A stretch of 64,000 bases of DNA from Azolla caroliniana. Taxonomy: Eukaryota; Plantae; Polypodiophyta. Under the pieces are notes generated by a model. It searched no databases. It was not told the origin of the DNA and worked only from the letters and a program-made list of their open reading frames with translations. Made by a program: the position numbers and the translations under genes. The DNA is taken from contig JBHGNT010000004.1 in assembly GCA_043228905.1 (NCBI GenBank), forward strand, positions 17,050,001 through 17,114,000, given 5' to 3'. Below, piece after piece: positions 22,382 through 36,049 of this stretch. The stretch's first letter is position 1. Every line of letters begins with the position of its first letter.

Positions 22382-24289
22382 ATGATCTCCAAGCTTCTTG
22401 TCTCTGCTTTGAAGTCCTGTTCTCAGAGCATCTCCCTGCAACGAGGTAAGAGAATCCATGCCTACGTCATTGAAACTTGTCATCATACCCCCACCCACCT
22501 GATGGTCTCAAACACTCTTGTGGATTTCTACGCAAAATGCTGCACCTTTGAGGACTCGTTTCATGTCTTCCTTAACATTTCAAGCAGAGATGTTGTATCT
22601 TGGAATGCCATCATCTCAGGATCCATAAATTGCCGTCATTACAGCATAGCTTTGCAACTTTTCCAACAAATGATTTGTGAAGGTTTTGATTTGGATCGGA
22701 TCACGTGTATTTGCATGATGAAAGTATATGCCAACATGTCTTTGCTGGATGTAGGCACGAGATTTCATATGTTTATTATGGAAAATGAAATGTTATCGCA
22801 AGATCAGCGTGTCCGAAACAGTGTTTTGGATATGTATTGCAAATGTCAGAGAATTCAAAGGGCTCAGAATATGTTTGATACATTCACAATCCGAAATGTG
22901 GTATCGTGGAACATTATGATAAATGGATATGCTCAATGTGAGGATTGTGATCAGGTGATGAAACTCTTCTATGAGATGCATTCATATGGTATAGAACCGA
23001 ATTCAACTACTTTTATAAGCATACTCAAGGTTTGTTCTTCAGTGTTAGCATCACTGGAAGGTAAGTTGATTCATTTATATGTAATGGAAAATTCGATAGA
23101 GGGAGATATGCATATTGCGAGTGCACTAATTGACATGTATAGCAAATCTGGTGCCATTGAAGATGCATATATTTTGTTTTCCAAATCATCTGTCAAAGAT
23201 GTGGTGACGTGGAGTGCATTGATTGGTGGATATGTGTTTCAAGGGCTTTGTATAGAGGCTCTGGATCTGTTCGAGGAAATGAGACACAATGGGATAGAAC
23301 CAAATGATGTCACATACCTTAGCATCATAAAGGCATGCACAAACATGATTTCCTTGGACCATGGCAAGAGGATTCATAATTATATCAAAAGCAGTAATTC
23401 CAAGATGGTTACTAGTGTTGGAAATGCACTTATGGACATGTATATAAAATGTGGGAGTCTTACTGATGCTCATGATGTGTTTGAGAAATTAACACAACGA
23501 AGTGTAGTAACATGGAGTACTTTAATTGCTGGAGATGTGGAACATGGGTTTTGTGAAGAGGCTCTTCTACATTTTAGAGACATGCAAAAGGAAGGATTTG
23601 TAGCAAGTAACATAACCATTGCTTATGTTCTAAAAGCTTGCTCAGTCATATGTGCCCTAGATCAAGCCAAATTAGTGCATGCCTACAGCATTGAAATAAG
23701 TCTTGTATCAGACGTATTGGTTGCCAATACCCTTGTTTATATGTATATTAAGTGTGGAAGCTTTGAGGATGCGTGTAACATTTTCAATGATTCTTTAGAT
23801 TTGGATGTAGTGACATGGAGTGCTATGGTTGCAGGATGTTCAAATTATCAACAGGCGCTTCAGTACTTCAAAAGCATGTTGAGTTCAGGTATAAGACCAA
23901 ATGATGTAACATTCATTGGTCTTCTATCTGCATGTTGTCAGACAGGATGTGTGAATGAAGGTTGTCACCATTTCAAGTCTATGACCCTCGATTACAATAT
24001 TGTAGCATCAGCTGAACACTATAATTGTATGGTTGATCTCCTTGCACGATCAGGTTTCTTGGTTGAAGCGAAAATGATGCTTCTAACAATGCCATTTGAC
24101 CCAGATATCAAGGTTTGGACATCGTTGCTTAGCCACTCGAAAGTATTAGGTGAAGCATCTCTAGGGAAGAGATGCTTTGATACTGTGACCATAGTAGATG
24201 TAGTGGAGGCAGATAATACAGTGTCAATGTTTCACACTTTGTTCTTGCCGCAACTAAGTCAAGAACCTTGGCAAAGTCTGCAGCTGTAG
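22382..24289 (+). CDS. PLS-class PPR protein with truncated E domain and no DYW (635 aa)
   Basis: PLS triplets, HYNCMVDLLARSG and MPFDPDIKVWTSLLS (E1), then divergent sequence. The start codon is uncertain. Confidence 0.93.
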   Translation: MISKLLVSALKSCSQSISLQRGKRIHAYVIETCHHTPTHLMVSNTLVDFYAKCCTFEDSFHVFLNISSRDVVSWNAIISGSINCRHYSIALQLFQQMICEGFDLDRITCICMMKVYANMSLLDVGTRFHMFIMENEMLSQDQRVRNSVLDMYCKCQRIQRAQNMFDTFTIRNVVSWNIMINGYAQCEDCDQVMKLFYEMHSYGIEPNSTTFISILKVCSSVLASLEGKLIHLYVMENSIEGDMHIASALIDMYSKSGAIEDAYILFSKSSVKDVVTWSALIGGYVFQGLCIEALDLFEEMRHNGIEPNDVTYLSIIKACTNMISLDHGKRIHNYIKSSNSKMVTSVGNALMDMYIKCGSLTDAHDVFEKLTQRSVVTWSTLIAGDVEHGFCEEALLHFRDMQKEGFVASNITIAYVLKACSVICALDQAKLVHAYSIEISLVSDVLVANTLVYMYIKCGSFEDACNIFNDSLDLDVVTWSAMVAGCSNYQQALQYFKSMLSSGIRPNDVTFIGLLSACCQTGCVNEGCHHFKSMTLDYNIVASAEHYNCMVDLLARSGFLVEAKMMLLTMPFDPDIKVWTSLLSHSKVLGEASLGKRCFDTVTIVDVVEADNTVSMFHTLFLPQLSQEPWQSLQL

Positions 24290-25575
24290 ATTTTAGGAAG
24301 TTAAAAGCTAAAGACAAAGGAGATAGAGGATGACATGGACAACATACAATCAGCAGGAAGTTCTATTACTGATTCTTCGATCAACTCTTTCATGGATTAC
24401 CATGACCAAAGATGATTGGGACTTTCTATTGATGACATGCGCAAACCAACAAAATTTGAGTAGTGGCCAAGTGTATGTAGGACCTTATCAAGTAACATCA
24501 GAAACTCCAAACTACAACACAGAACCTACTGATGATTAAGCACATGCTTTCTACTTGAATGAGATGACTCAATGCAATGCTTCGCTTAGGATGCTCTAGG
24601 TGTGATAGAACTTGATACAACACCACCACATTTGGAATGTTCTAGATGTCCATAGATACATTTATTCTTCACAATAAATGTTAACAACAAAGATTGCTCA
24701 CATAACATTGAGATGTAAAAGAACTCATGGGATGGCATATAGTTTGTTGCGATCAAACACAGTGACTGATCAGTGTAGTTGTACATGTATTATCAACGGA
24801 TCGCGGAGTGGTTGTCTTGTTTGAGTGAGATCCATCCCTAGAGAGCAACTCTGAAATATCATCAATATCTTTTACATGCACCCTTCTTTTCTACATTTAT
24901 TGTGATCCACACACACATAATATGTTAATCGATCAACAATAGCCATAGTGTACTGGGTTGGTAATCAACATTTGGTTTCATTGAATTTCCTAAAAGATAA
25001 GCCTATTTTTTCCATTCATTTCAAGATGTCATCTGTCACTTTTACCTACATCAAACTCTTGCAATCATAATTAAGCTCTCTGGTCTTGAGTTAAAAGATA
25101 TTTAGCATTAGTAGATATAAAGATTCTTCACTCTTAATGTTTAAAGCCGAGTTAAACAATGATTTATAATCTATTAATCATCATATACGACATCTCTCAT
25201 TCTTTGTAGTTTGATGTCAAAAGATAAACCACAATGTTATGCCACTTAGCATTAAATATTGGGTAAGGTAGCACCAGCCACACAGCAGGCTATATCAATG
25301 GAACAACATATGAGATTCAATACTATACTATCAACGGCAAATGTTGCATTGAAAAAAAATGCTTAGTATTCATTGGCATAAACTCATAGTTTGAAAGAAT
25401 TTAGCATTGTTATCGAATCCAGCATAACTCTCCATTGAACATATTATGAGCGAACATGTGTCATTGGATGGAGCAAACAATACTTGAGAGCCACTTTATG
25501 AACAGTATTGAGTGCACATTCTCATTGCATATTTTCAGGGGACAAAATAATATTTAAATTAAATGGTTATGTTGC

Positions 25576-28500
25576 CTAGTCTGATGAGATTGCATCCTTA
25601 GTTGAGATTTGGAGTTGCCTCCTCACTAGACCAGCATAGATACCTTGCCTAGAAAGTAGTTCTTCATGACTACCCTTTTCCACAATCTGACCGTCAGACA
25701 CAACGATCACCATATCAGCACTTTGAACAGTTGAAAGACGGTGAGCAATCACAAGAACGGTTCTTCCTTTCATAAGACGATCCATGGCATCCTAAATTAC
25801 CCAAGACATAATTCACTACTGCTTAAGACAAATTTGATCAAGGTGACGATATCAAGAGAATGAATGCTTAAAGAACTAATTAAGAATTGACGATATCAAG
25901 GCGTTTGGATACCCGAAATCGATAATTATTATTTGTAACCATGAATTGATACTGTAGTCAAGGAGTAAAGAAATTCTACCTGCACTAAGTATTCACTCTC
26001 AGCATCAAGAGCACTTGTGGCTTCGTCTAATAAAAGCACACGAGGATCCATTAGAAGAGCTCGAGCAATTGCTACTCGTTGCTTTTGGCCTCCTGATAAT
26101 CTCACACCACGTTCACCAACATGTGTGTCATAACCTTGTGGAAGCTTCACAACAAACTCATGAGCGTTTGCCATTTCCTATAATATTTCCATTTAGGAAT
26201 TTTGAGTTATTATCTGCTGTAACTGGCTTGTTTAGTCTATAATCTTAACATTTTCTTTGAACAAACGGAAATCTTACGGCCACTCTTTGAATATCAGCAG
26301 AGGATGCCTTTCCTCTCCGTCCATACGCGATGTTGTCTGCGACAGAGCAGTTGAACAGAATTGGTTCTTGACTCACAATGCTAACCTTCAACAGATGAAA
26401 GAGTGACCATTCTTGTCAAGCAATCAAAATATACAATTGAAATTATTGTTCAATGCATTAGTCATTCAGTGTACTTTACCAACTTATATGTATCCTGGTG
26501 TATTCGTGCACGTGCACGCGCGCACACACACACATGACTTGGAGACAAAATCAAGTTTATGATCCAGAAGTCAAGCCACTATCTCCTTATTTCTTAGTTT
26601 ATTTCTTCAAATCTATGCAACCAATATCTTTTCATGCAGGTATAAGTAATTTGATATTAATGTCTTCCATATGTATCCTAGCGTACTTACAAATGAAACT
26701 GAGTTTCCATTTTGGTCTTTACATGCCACTTCAGGATATTTTTCTTCATCCAGAAGTCAGGACACTATCTCCTTATTTCATAGTTTAATTCTTCAAAACT
26801 GTGGGATCAATACCTTTTCATGCAGATGCTCATGAGATATTTCAGGTAAAAGAACCCCATTAAGCTGAATACTCCCCTTTTTGGGATCATAAAACCTCTC
26901 TATCAAGTTTGCAATCGTGGTCTGTAAAACACAAAACCCTGCATAAGTTATTTGGGAATAACAGATTTTCTGTTCCCATGGTATATTATCAATCTCACCT
27001 TTCCTCCTCCACTTGGTCCCACAAGAGCAACTTTTGCACCAGATTTCAATTCTAAGGAAATTCCCTGAATGTTCCATTAAATCCATCAGAATAATACAGT
27101 CTATCAATAGATATTAAAATGGTGGGCGTACACAAGTGCACACACATATGAACCAAAACAGTATGCCTCTATGCATTATGCATTAAGATAGTATGAAATC
27201 TTATTACATTTCAGAAGACATATTGGATAATTTGATTCAAAAATGACATGCATCATACCTCAAATGGCATACCTTCAACACATCTTCATTTGGACGTGAT
27301 GGATAAGAAAACCAAACATCTTTCATCTCCACTTCCCCTTCATCTCCATCACTGAGGAAAGGCATAATATGAATGACAGTACAAGTAGAATATAATACAT
27401 CAACCATTAACATACTTGTCAGCTTCCAATAAAGGAACGATAATATGTTCATAGAAATTTCTGATTGCCTCTGTGATTCGTAGGAACATATATCATTCAT
27501 ATAATGTGTTCATGTGGCTTGATCATTATTGAAGAATACTCAAGAATTCTCTTTTTAAGATATAGTCTCTCTTACAAGGTATTTATTAAGGATTCTTTGG
27601 CCTCACCTAAGTGGACACTTGTCTCCTGATTTGGGCATTGTTGACACTCTATCCAAAAGTTGGAACACACGTCGACTAGCACCAGCTGCCTTCATAGCTG
27701 TAGTATATAAGCTAGAAAGTGATGACAGTGAGAAGGCAACTGGGCAAAAACACAAAACCATAAAGAAGAAATCAGTAAGTTTCATATAGTTTCCAGAAAA
27801 ATGGAGAATTTACATGCCTAAAATGATGATTTACAAAATTTATGCACACTACTTCCATCAAAAAGGAGATCAAACTAGACCTATGTTTGCAACTAGAAAC
27901 AAGCCTACATGACCTCGTGAGAAATATATTTACTTTTGATCAATGAGATACAATCTACTTTCAAGGCAAGGATTAGGAGTTCAGAATTGCATGTGTGAGA
28001 TTACAAAAAAAAGTTCCCAACAATATTCATAACGCAAATGAATGACAAACATGCATTTAGTTTTTTATATGTCAACACCTGTAAGGCTGTAAAGTATGAA
28101 AGAAGTCAAAGAACCGGTTGTCATCTTCCCATATATGGTTAAGTTAGCTCCATAAACAACGACAGCCACAATCGAAAGTGTTGATGCGGCTGAGACAGCT
28201 CCAGTGAAGAGACCAACAGCAAGCTACAAGGACATCAATACACTGTTAAAATGGTAACAAGTTCTAAAATGGTCTTCAATCTCTTATTGTATGTCTACAT
28301 TTACCGCTTGCCGAAGCCCAAGCTTCAGACTTTCTGCGACCTTCTCTCCATAACGAGAACATTCAGAGTCTTCCTGAGCAAATGATCTAACGGTTCGAAC
28401 TGCTGAAAATGATTCCTAAATGAAAAAAATAAGTTGGTGTTTCTCCTTAGTTTGAATAATAAGAAGATTGTTTTTAATGGGCAAAACTCCAAAATATCAC

Positions 28501-31500
28501 TGAGTTATTCTTTATTTTCCCATGTCCATGGATATTCATTATTTTCAAAACACCCTTGTTTAACCTCGAAATAGAGAAAAGGGGATGAATCAACCATTTA
28601 ATTGCTCTTTTTGGGAGTCAAGGGCATTTGGCAAAATAACAAAATTTTAGAGGTATTTGGGGAAATAAAGACAAACTTGGACATTCCAGAGTTCTCCTCT
28701 TCTTTTGTCTCACAAAAGTACCTCTGCAATAGATGCTGCAACAGCTGAAGCAACCTGGGTCTTATGCGAGAGCTCACGAAGATATCGACCAAATGCTCTA
28801 ATACCAAAGAAGATGGCCGGAACAATAGCCAAAGAGAGCACTTCAAAAAAGAAGAAACAATTCAGTCACATAACACTGAAAAACGAGGAACAACGGGCTA
28901 CATAGTACAACATAGACTAAAACCACTCTCTCACATTGTTTAGAATTTCGGAGACCAACTCCAGAAAGAATAAAGAAACCAAGTTCACATTCTAAAAGCA
29001 CTAAATATTTTTCTACGAAAAGGTTAATGGCTAGTGGTATGATAGGAAGGACATGAGGGCATTTGTTACACAGAGTAATGACAGTGCAGTGTGGTCATAA
29101 AATCTCTAGAACACGTTACATTAAGAATACAAAAACAAACTTTTGCATGTGCATATAACATGCATGCATGCCCAACAATAGTAGGGATATCTATCCAGCT
29201 TTCACTGATGTCTTCAAGGGTAGTAAATATAGATTTTTTAAAGATGGCAAACATTTATTACATGTCAGTTGCCAAGAGGTCTGAAACATAAAACCGACAC
29301 CAACTAATGACGTAGTCAAGCTACGCAATGTCTCTGACAAATTAACTGTAGCTGCATTCTTGATGACTTGAGTATCTTCCGAAAGCCTGCTCAATAATTC
29401 CCCTGTTTTCGTCACATCAAAGAATGCTATCTCCTGTACAGAGAAATGTACAACTTATGTAATGATTCATGCACACAAATCATCACTTCAGAAAACAGTA
29501 AATAGTAGACCAATTTACTTGGTTTATAAGATGGCCAAAAAGGTTTTCCCTTAAACGTGCTACAACACGCTCACTCGCAGCTGTAAACAGATATGCCCGG
29601 AGAGCTGCAGCTATTGCTCTGTACCACATAATATATAACCTTAAGAGTTTTGAACACAGAAATCCAACAATGAATTCTAAGAGTTTCAGAAGTTCAACTG
29701 CAAGTTTCTCAGAAATTTTAGCACCAACACATTGCAGGCTTCTAAACATTGGGGTATTGCAAAAAACCTTGAGATAAGTCTGAAAATGGCCAGGGATGTA
29801 GTTGGTAATTGACAGAAGAGTTTACCGAATTGCAATGTTCACCTTCGGATTAGCTTACTACTACAGGTGACCTATCTTACAACAGGGATATTTAGCTGTG
29901 CACATAATATTGGATCTCAGAAAGAATATTGAATCATAATCTCTGTATTAAGGATGGTGATTTACTTTTCCAGAGAGCATGCCTAGGTCAGAAGGCTTTA
30001 TTCATATTCTTAGATAATTATGCACAGATAAGCAGATTCGAATTTCCTGTCTGCCGATATGGGTGTAGTTTCTTTTATGCCATTAACTGATAGAGGAGCA
30101 TCTTCGTAGATTCTGTATTTTGTATCTATTACTACTCTTTAGCTTTTTTCTAAACTCTTAACTGCTGGGTGAACATTTATTTTAAAATAACGAAATACAA
30201 GAATAAACTTTGGCCTGTTGAAAAACTACTTCAATATTAATACCCACGTAGATTACCCATTAGCCAACTATTATAGTCTCTGTCAGATGCAACTAGTGTA
30301 CAGATGATTACATTCAAATTCAAAGCACATTTTTCCATGCTGTATGGACAGGAATATTGATGATATTTTTCAGTGCAGCACAGAAACCAAATGGTAAATG
30401 AAATATTTACCAGGATACACAAAACAATTAAATGTAAAGCACGTCTTCCAGACTTACAGAATCCATACTTTAAATTAGATAAACATTTCATGGATGTAGT
30501 TTATAAACAAACCATCAGATATCTATTTTAAAGAACAGAGAAGCAAATATGAACCTTTGACTAGGAATTAATTAGTATGAAAAACAAAAAATTACCCTAT
30601 AATTATAATGATGGTTATCTCAAGAATTGTATTGTTGACTTTTCGTACTGCTGTTTTCTTCTGATCCAGTGTATCAAGTTGGCCATTGACAATGTCAATA
30701 ATCTCTCCTGCAAACTTCGGCTGTCAGGAAAGTTTCAAATTTCAGATTCAGACCGGACATCCAAATAACAAGCTTGAAGTAAATTAGCTTTTGTTTTCAT
30801 TCGTTTCATCTGTCTGGCATCATGTCACATAGATTGGACTATAAGAACCCAAGAATAGATGGGACTATAAGAACCCAAGATAAAGTTGAAATTACGCCTA
30901 TTACCTACCAGCAATATATTTGAAATGGAGGCAACAAACAAAGCAATGGTAGCTATGATCAAGATCCGTATCTCGGGTTTAGCCTTCACCAGAAACCAGA
31001 ATATCAAAAGAAAATACTCGTAACAAAAAAATCTCAAAGGCATTAACAGAAGAATGCATACGAACTAACCAATCGTAGAATTCGGGAAATTCCAACATTG
31101 GCCGGCTGTCAAATTCAACCAAAATAAATTAAGTATACTTATCATACAAACTATTTTACGTTTGGGGAATTTACTAGAATATCCAAAAAAACTTACAAAA
31201 TTCCAATGTTTCAAACACCAAAGTTTTATTCTACCAAACTTCAGAAACTTAAGTGCTTAGATAACTAGATTCTTTAGTAAAAGTATGTTTAGTAATAATC
31301 ACTTAATTTTGTTTGTTCTAAAAAATGAGACAAAATTTTCATATGTAATCTCTTATTCTGTCTGACTAAAAGACATTAATAAATCTCTTTCACTCTGATA
31401 TTGTTATTTATTAGTATGGGTAATATGAATTCCCCATATTTGTAATCATGATTCATCTCATTGGCCAAGTTTGGCCTCTATTATAAGGACGTGAACCTCT

Positions 31501-34096
31501 CTATAGAGGAGTAGGATACTCAAGTCAAAGATGTTTAGTGGTTGTCCTTATAAGTGAATGAGGTAGAGGTTGACACTCCCAGATTCATCTAGGCAGAGAC
31601 AGACATAAGAAGAGGGACATATAACTGATTATCTTGGTGCCTAATCAACTTTTGGATAAATCCAAGTTAGTTCCATATCCCTTCTCTATCCACAGTTGAT
31701 GAGATAATGTCCATATTTTCCCAACTCACTTTGTGTGAAGGGGGGTGACATGTGTGTCGCATGAATAATTAAAAAATCTAGGAATAGTATGTAAGAAGAT
31801 GGACTATAAAGGCCATCTTTATGCCTAATCACACTTTTGGATTGATCCAAGTTTATTTTTTGTCCATCACTTTCATGGCATCTGTTTTCATTGCTTTATT
31901 TCTCTCATTTAGTTGTAGCTAAAAGTGGTCAATCAAGGCTATAATCAAAACGTGGCAGTGCATCCATCTTTCATTTGTCCACTCGAGCAATTGGTTTCAC
32001 CTTCCTCTACTAGTTGTATAGATGAGGAAAGAGCCAACTATAAACAGCTATCCCTAGGAAATTCCCAGATTTTACATATCCAATCATGTCTTGAAAAGTG
32101 CCTCCATGACTATTGAGGCCATGGGACTTAGCTCTAACTATCTGATGTGGTATTAACGTTTTGATCCTTAACGGGGGCAATCATAGCTAATGGCCTTTCA
32201 ATGTTTCTCCAACTTCCACAATTGCAGAGACTTGATCTTGTATCTTTGCTCCATACAAGAGGGCGGATATGACTAATATATTGAACCATAACTTGGTGCA
32301 TAGAATAAGAGAAATTGTAGAGAAGAATGAGTATTTTAGAGAATTTTGGAAAGAGTATTAAGAGTAACTTACACCAACCAAATCCCCAACCTCCAAGTCA
32401 GTAGGAGATTTCTCATCGGTTCCTGTTGACTGTTTTTCAGCGCTTTCCTTCTAGAAAAAAATGCATGTACTTTAGAAACTAGGATGTAATGTAGAACATC
32501 AATATTATAAATATCACAATGCCTTGTAAATATGAATCGAGAAGAGCATTTATTTATTAACACTGAAGAGCAGTATCTTTTAATTCAATTTGTCTACTTC
32601 GACTAGCATTTGCAAACATTTATTTCAGATTTCTTAATGTGAATATGATTGAAAATGTTGGTATTTTGATATTGGAAACAATAAATAGTGAAACGAACTT
32701 TCGGACACCAGCAATTCACACCAAGCATCAGGGACAGATTCATAAGTTCACTTTCTACCCAACTACGAAATTCACACCGACATTCAGATGCAAATTTCTT
32801 CCCACTAGTTTTACATCCATGTGTAGCATAACATTGCTTCAAGTATAGGGAGTACTAGGAATGGTTGCTGATATCACTCCCAGATCATTGCTTCAAGCAT
32901 AACAAAAAAGACCATCATCAAAATTCTCCTTATACAAACAACCTATGACCATCACACAAGACAAGATACCCAAAAGAGAAAGAAAGTATCAAAGACAATC
33001 TACGACTATCACACAAGAAAAGATACCTAAAAGAGACAAAGAAAGTGCCAAAGGTTGTTTGAATTCAAGGAAGAACCATTACTATAAGATGCTTCGTATT
33101 CAAATCTGGTCTAAAGAGAAAGACGTAATCAAATCTTTTTTTCAAAATGAGAAATGTAAGAAAGAGACATAAATTTGATAAACAGGGAGATCTTTCTTGG
33201 GACACTTCGGTGACTTGAGGACTCCAGTCTAACAAGTATATCTAGGACAACATGTATGCCTATATGTATTTATATATACCAAAGCAATCTAATTTATATC
33301 CAATATCCAAGTAAACCAGTATTGTTGTAACCTTTCACGTTATCTTTTCTTTCTGGTCCGAAGATTAAGGAATAAATGTTCACTTAACAATGCAAGGTAT
33401 CAAATTTATACAAAGTGATGGCTTCTGCCGGATATCTAAGGAGATCATTCCTTATTCTACAACTCTGAAGTCTAGATTAGGTACGAAATGTTGGCTTCGG
33501 AAGGTAAAGGTAATTATATTTCTGTCGCATACCAAAGGAGACAAGTATTATTGCAGCGTTGTCTCATAATGTTTCTTTCCTACCAGTGTAGGCAAACCAG
33601 AAATGTTCATTTCATAATGCAAACCACCATTATAAAGAATCGCAAAGCATTGACTTAACCACACAGGAAAACATAAATAAATCTGATTCTCGATTTCACA
33701 GAAAATAAATGGAGTTTATTAGAAATGTTATTTAGTGCGATGACGCATTATAACATGAAATCAAACGCCTTTTTTATGCAATATTTCTTTCTCATATTTA
33801 TCTGGATTAAAGACGAGTTTGTTCAGTTTCAACAATGTTATGTGGTGATTATCTTAGACACCCCTCTGAAGGAAGTGTGGGTTTCCTTATTAAGAAAAGT
33901 TGCTTTGCCACAGAAAAGGAATACGGCTTATGATTCTCCATCTCGAAGGAGAAAAGTTAGACATTGCATTCTTTGCGAATACGCTTGCTAATGCAATTTG
34001 TGGCATGTTCCAGGTGGAAGCATTGGATTCATAATGCTGGGTAATCAACTGAAAAAAATGAGCTTCCACAAGAAGAAAGAGAAGAATGCAACCCGA

Positions 34097-34132
<36 letters not shown>

Positions 34133-34241
34133 AAGAAAGAGAGACATAAAAGAAGGTTAGGTTAAGCTTGCGAGGGAAGGGATGAGGAAGGAGGAGATTT
34201 TGGCTTACCTTGGGAAGGAGAGGTGATCGATCCATGGCCAT
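25576..34241 (-). CDS. ABCB27: Half-size ABC transporter B, ABCB27/ALS1/TAP2-like; 17 exons, 633 aa
   Basis: Exons with consistent phase and GT-AG sites: 34209-34241, 32373-32450, 31070-31105, 30909-30983, 30596-30720, 29519-29618, 29262-29433, 28722-28840, 28305-28415, 28079-28223, 27607-27739, 27273-27351, 26999-27064, 26814-26921, 26278-26385, 25980-26177, 25576-25791 (1902 nt). Motifs include [42 protein letters not shown], Walker [28 protein letters not shown] and IAHRLST. Confidence 0.93.
26560..26830. repeat. ~188-bp-period duplication of an exon end/donor region within an ABCB27 intron
   Basis: ATCCAGAAGTCA..CACTATCTCCTTATTTC..AGTTTA.TTCTTCAAA..CTTTTCATGCAG occurs at ~26562 and ~26748. 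Confidence 0.7.
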
Positions 34242-35498
34242 GGCAACAGTGTAGTGTAGTTACTAGTGCAGAGGTGAAGAGGTGGAGGCAGCGAGCGAGC
34301 GAGCGAGTCTGCAGGTGACAACGAAGGCCTCCACGTCCTCCATTACATATATATGATGTCCATTGTACATACATACCTCTCTCTCTCTCTCTCAGTTTTC
34401 TTTAATTCCCCAAATGCCCCTATGTGAGAAAGCCTTTGTGCAATGTGCATATATTGTTTCCACGGATGAGAGGGAGATAGACTGACAGATATTTTTAGCG
34501 TCAATATAGAGGCCAATATCGGCCCACGAGAATAAAAACTCGGGGGCATTTTTGGGAGGAAATAAAGAAAAGCGGAGAAGGTTTCTCAAATGGTAGACCC
34601 AGTAGGTGCCCACCCCTCGATTGAGGGAATATCTAGGACCTGCTTACGAAACAATGTATATATTGCACGCTACATACGATCTCTCTAGGCGCACTTGAGG
34701 GAATAACTAGGACTTCATTGACTTTTCCTCTGCTTGCCTGCCTACCTACTTACTCTTAACATGTTTGAAACTGCATACATTCTTATATATGTGTGTTGTG
34801 TCGTCTACTTGTGTACCGTTCAAAGCTCTTTGGGCTTTTCTTTATTTCCCCAATTACCCCTTTGCATTTTTCCTTGTTGCTTCCATAACCAATTCATCCT
34901 CCTTTTTTCTTTTCGCCTAGTTGCTTGACCAAGGGTACACAAGGAGATCATGAATGATACCTACAAATACGTACATGTGTATCGTCTACCAGCATGTCAT
35001 TTAAACTCCATGTGTTTTTCTTTACTTTCCTGAAATTGCCCCTGGGTTTTTATTGTTTCAACCACCATTGTAGCTCAAATGCCCCTCTCTCTAGCAAATT
35101 CATCCTCTTTTACCCCCTTTCGAAAGTTTTCCACAAGGACTCGAAGATAACTTAATGTTAGTCTTATTGGCATTGGGCATACAAAGAACAACTCCAAGTA
35201 TGTAAAACACTTCTCTTTTCTTGTTCCCATTTGCGTGGGTTTTGTGTATAATCCAAGTTGGCATGTTTTTATTGTATGTTCACTTGAAATACATTGGCTT
35301 TGATGTTGCCATGTGTATAACATGGACTACAATTACATTAGTTGTGTGAAACCTAGAGATGAAACAAAATGCTTGTCATTATATATAATTATAATAAAGA
35401 GACTATGAAGTAATGACTTTCATAAGTGCATGAACTAATCATTTTCTCCCACCATTTATTTATAGATTATTACCTAAACCATATTGAGCATCTTCACT

Positions 35499-35960
35499 GG
35501 TTTGCCACTTTTAGTAATTTCTCCCATCAACCACATGGGTTGCATTTCAACGTGTCTATCAAAATAAATTGGCCATGAAGAAGGCAAAGAAGTCATGTCA
35601 TGTTAATTAATATGCAAAAGCGTGATGACGTTTATATGCACATAGTTAAAAGTAAGAAACATTCCATCACAAGTTTTGTGCTTGGAAAGAAAGTGAGATT
35701 TTTTATGGCATGTGTTTTTCTTCATTGGGTATCTTCATCGGTTTCCCACTTTTAGTAAATTCTCCTATCAGCCAAATGTGTTGCACCTCAATCTGTCTAT
35801 TCAAAATACTTTGCCCATGAACAAGGCAAAAAAGCCATGTTGGTTTTATATGCAAAAGTGCGATGATGTTTATATGCATTTAGTCAAACGTAAGACACAT
35901 TACATCACAAGTTTTGTGCTTGAAAGAAAGTGAGTTTTTTTATGGCATGTGTTTCTTCTC
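35499..35960. repeat. Diverged ~241-bp tandem duplication
   Basis: CCACTTTTAGTAA...CCATGAA.AAGGCAAA...ATCACAAGTTTTGTGCTTG..AAGTGAG.TTTTTTATGGCATGTGTTT is present twice. Confidence 0.85.
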
Positions 35961-36049
35961 CACCATATGACTTAAAACTAGTAGTGGATCACAATTTTAC
36001 AGTTGCCTAATGACATGAACCTTATGTTGGTCACTACGCCTTTATGAAG

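Noticed and set aside
16064-23473. Multiple antisense ORFs within the PPR genes
   Set aside because: These are shadow ORFs of long coding regions with no independent motifs.
20486-24800. Possible DYW deaminase remnant downstream of either PPR
   Set aside because: No PG-box, HxE(x)nCxxC or DYW-like terminus was seen in the ORF track or by eye. A distant spliced exon cannot be excluded.
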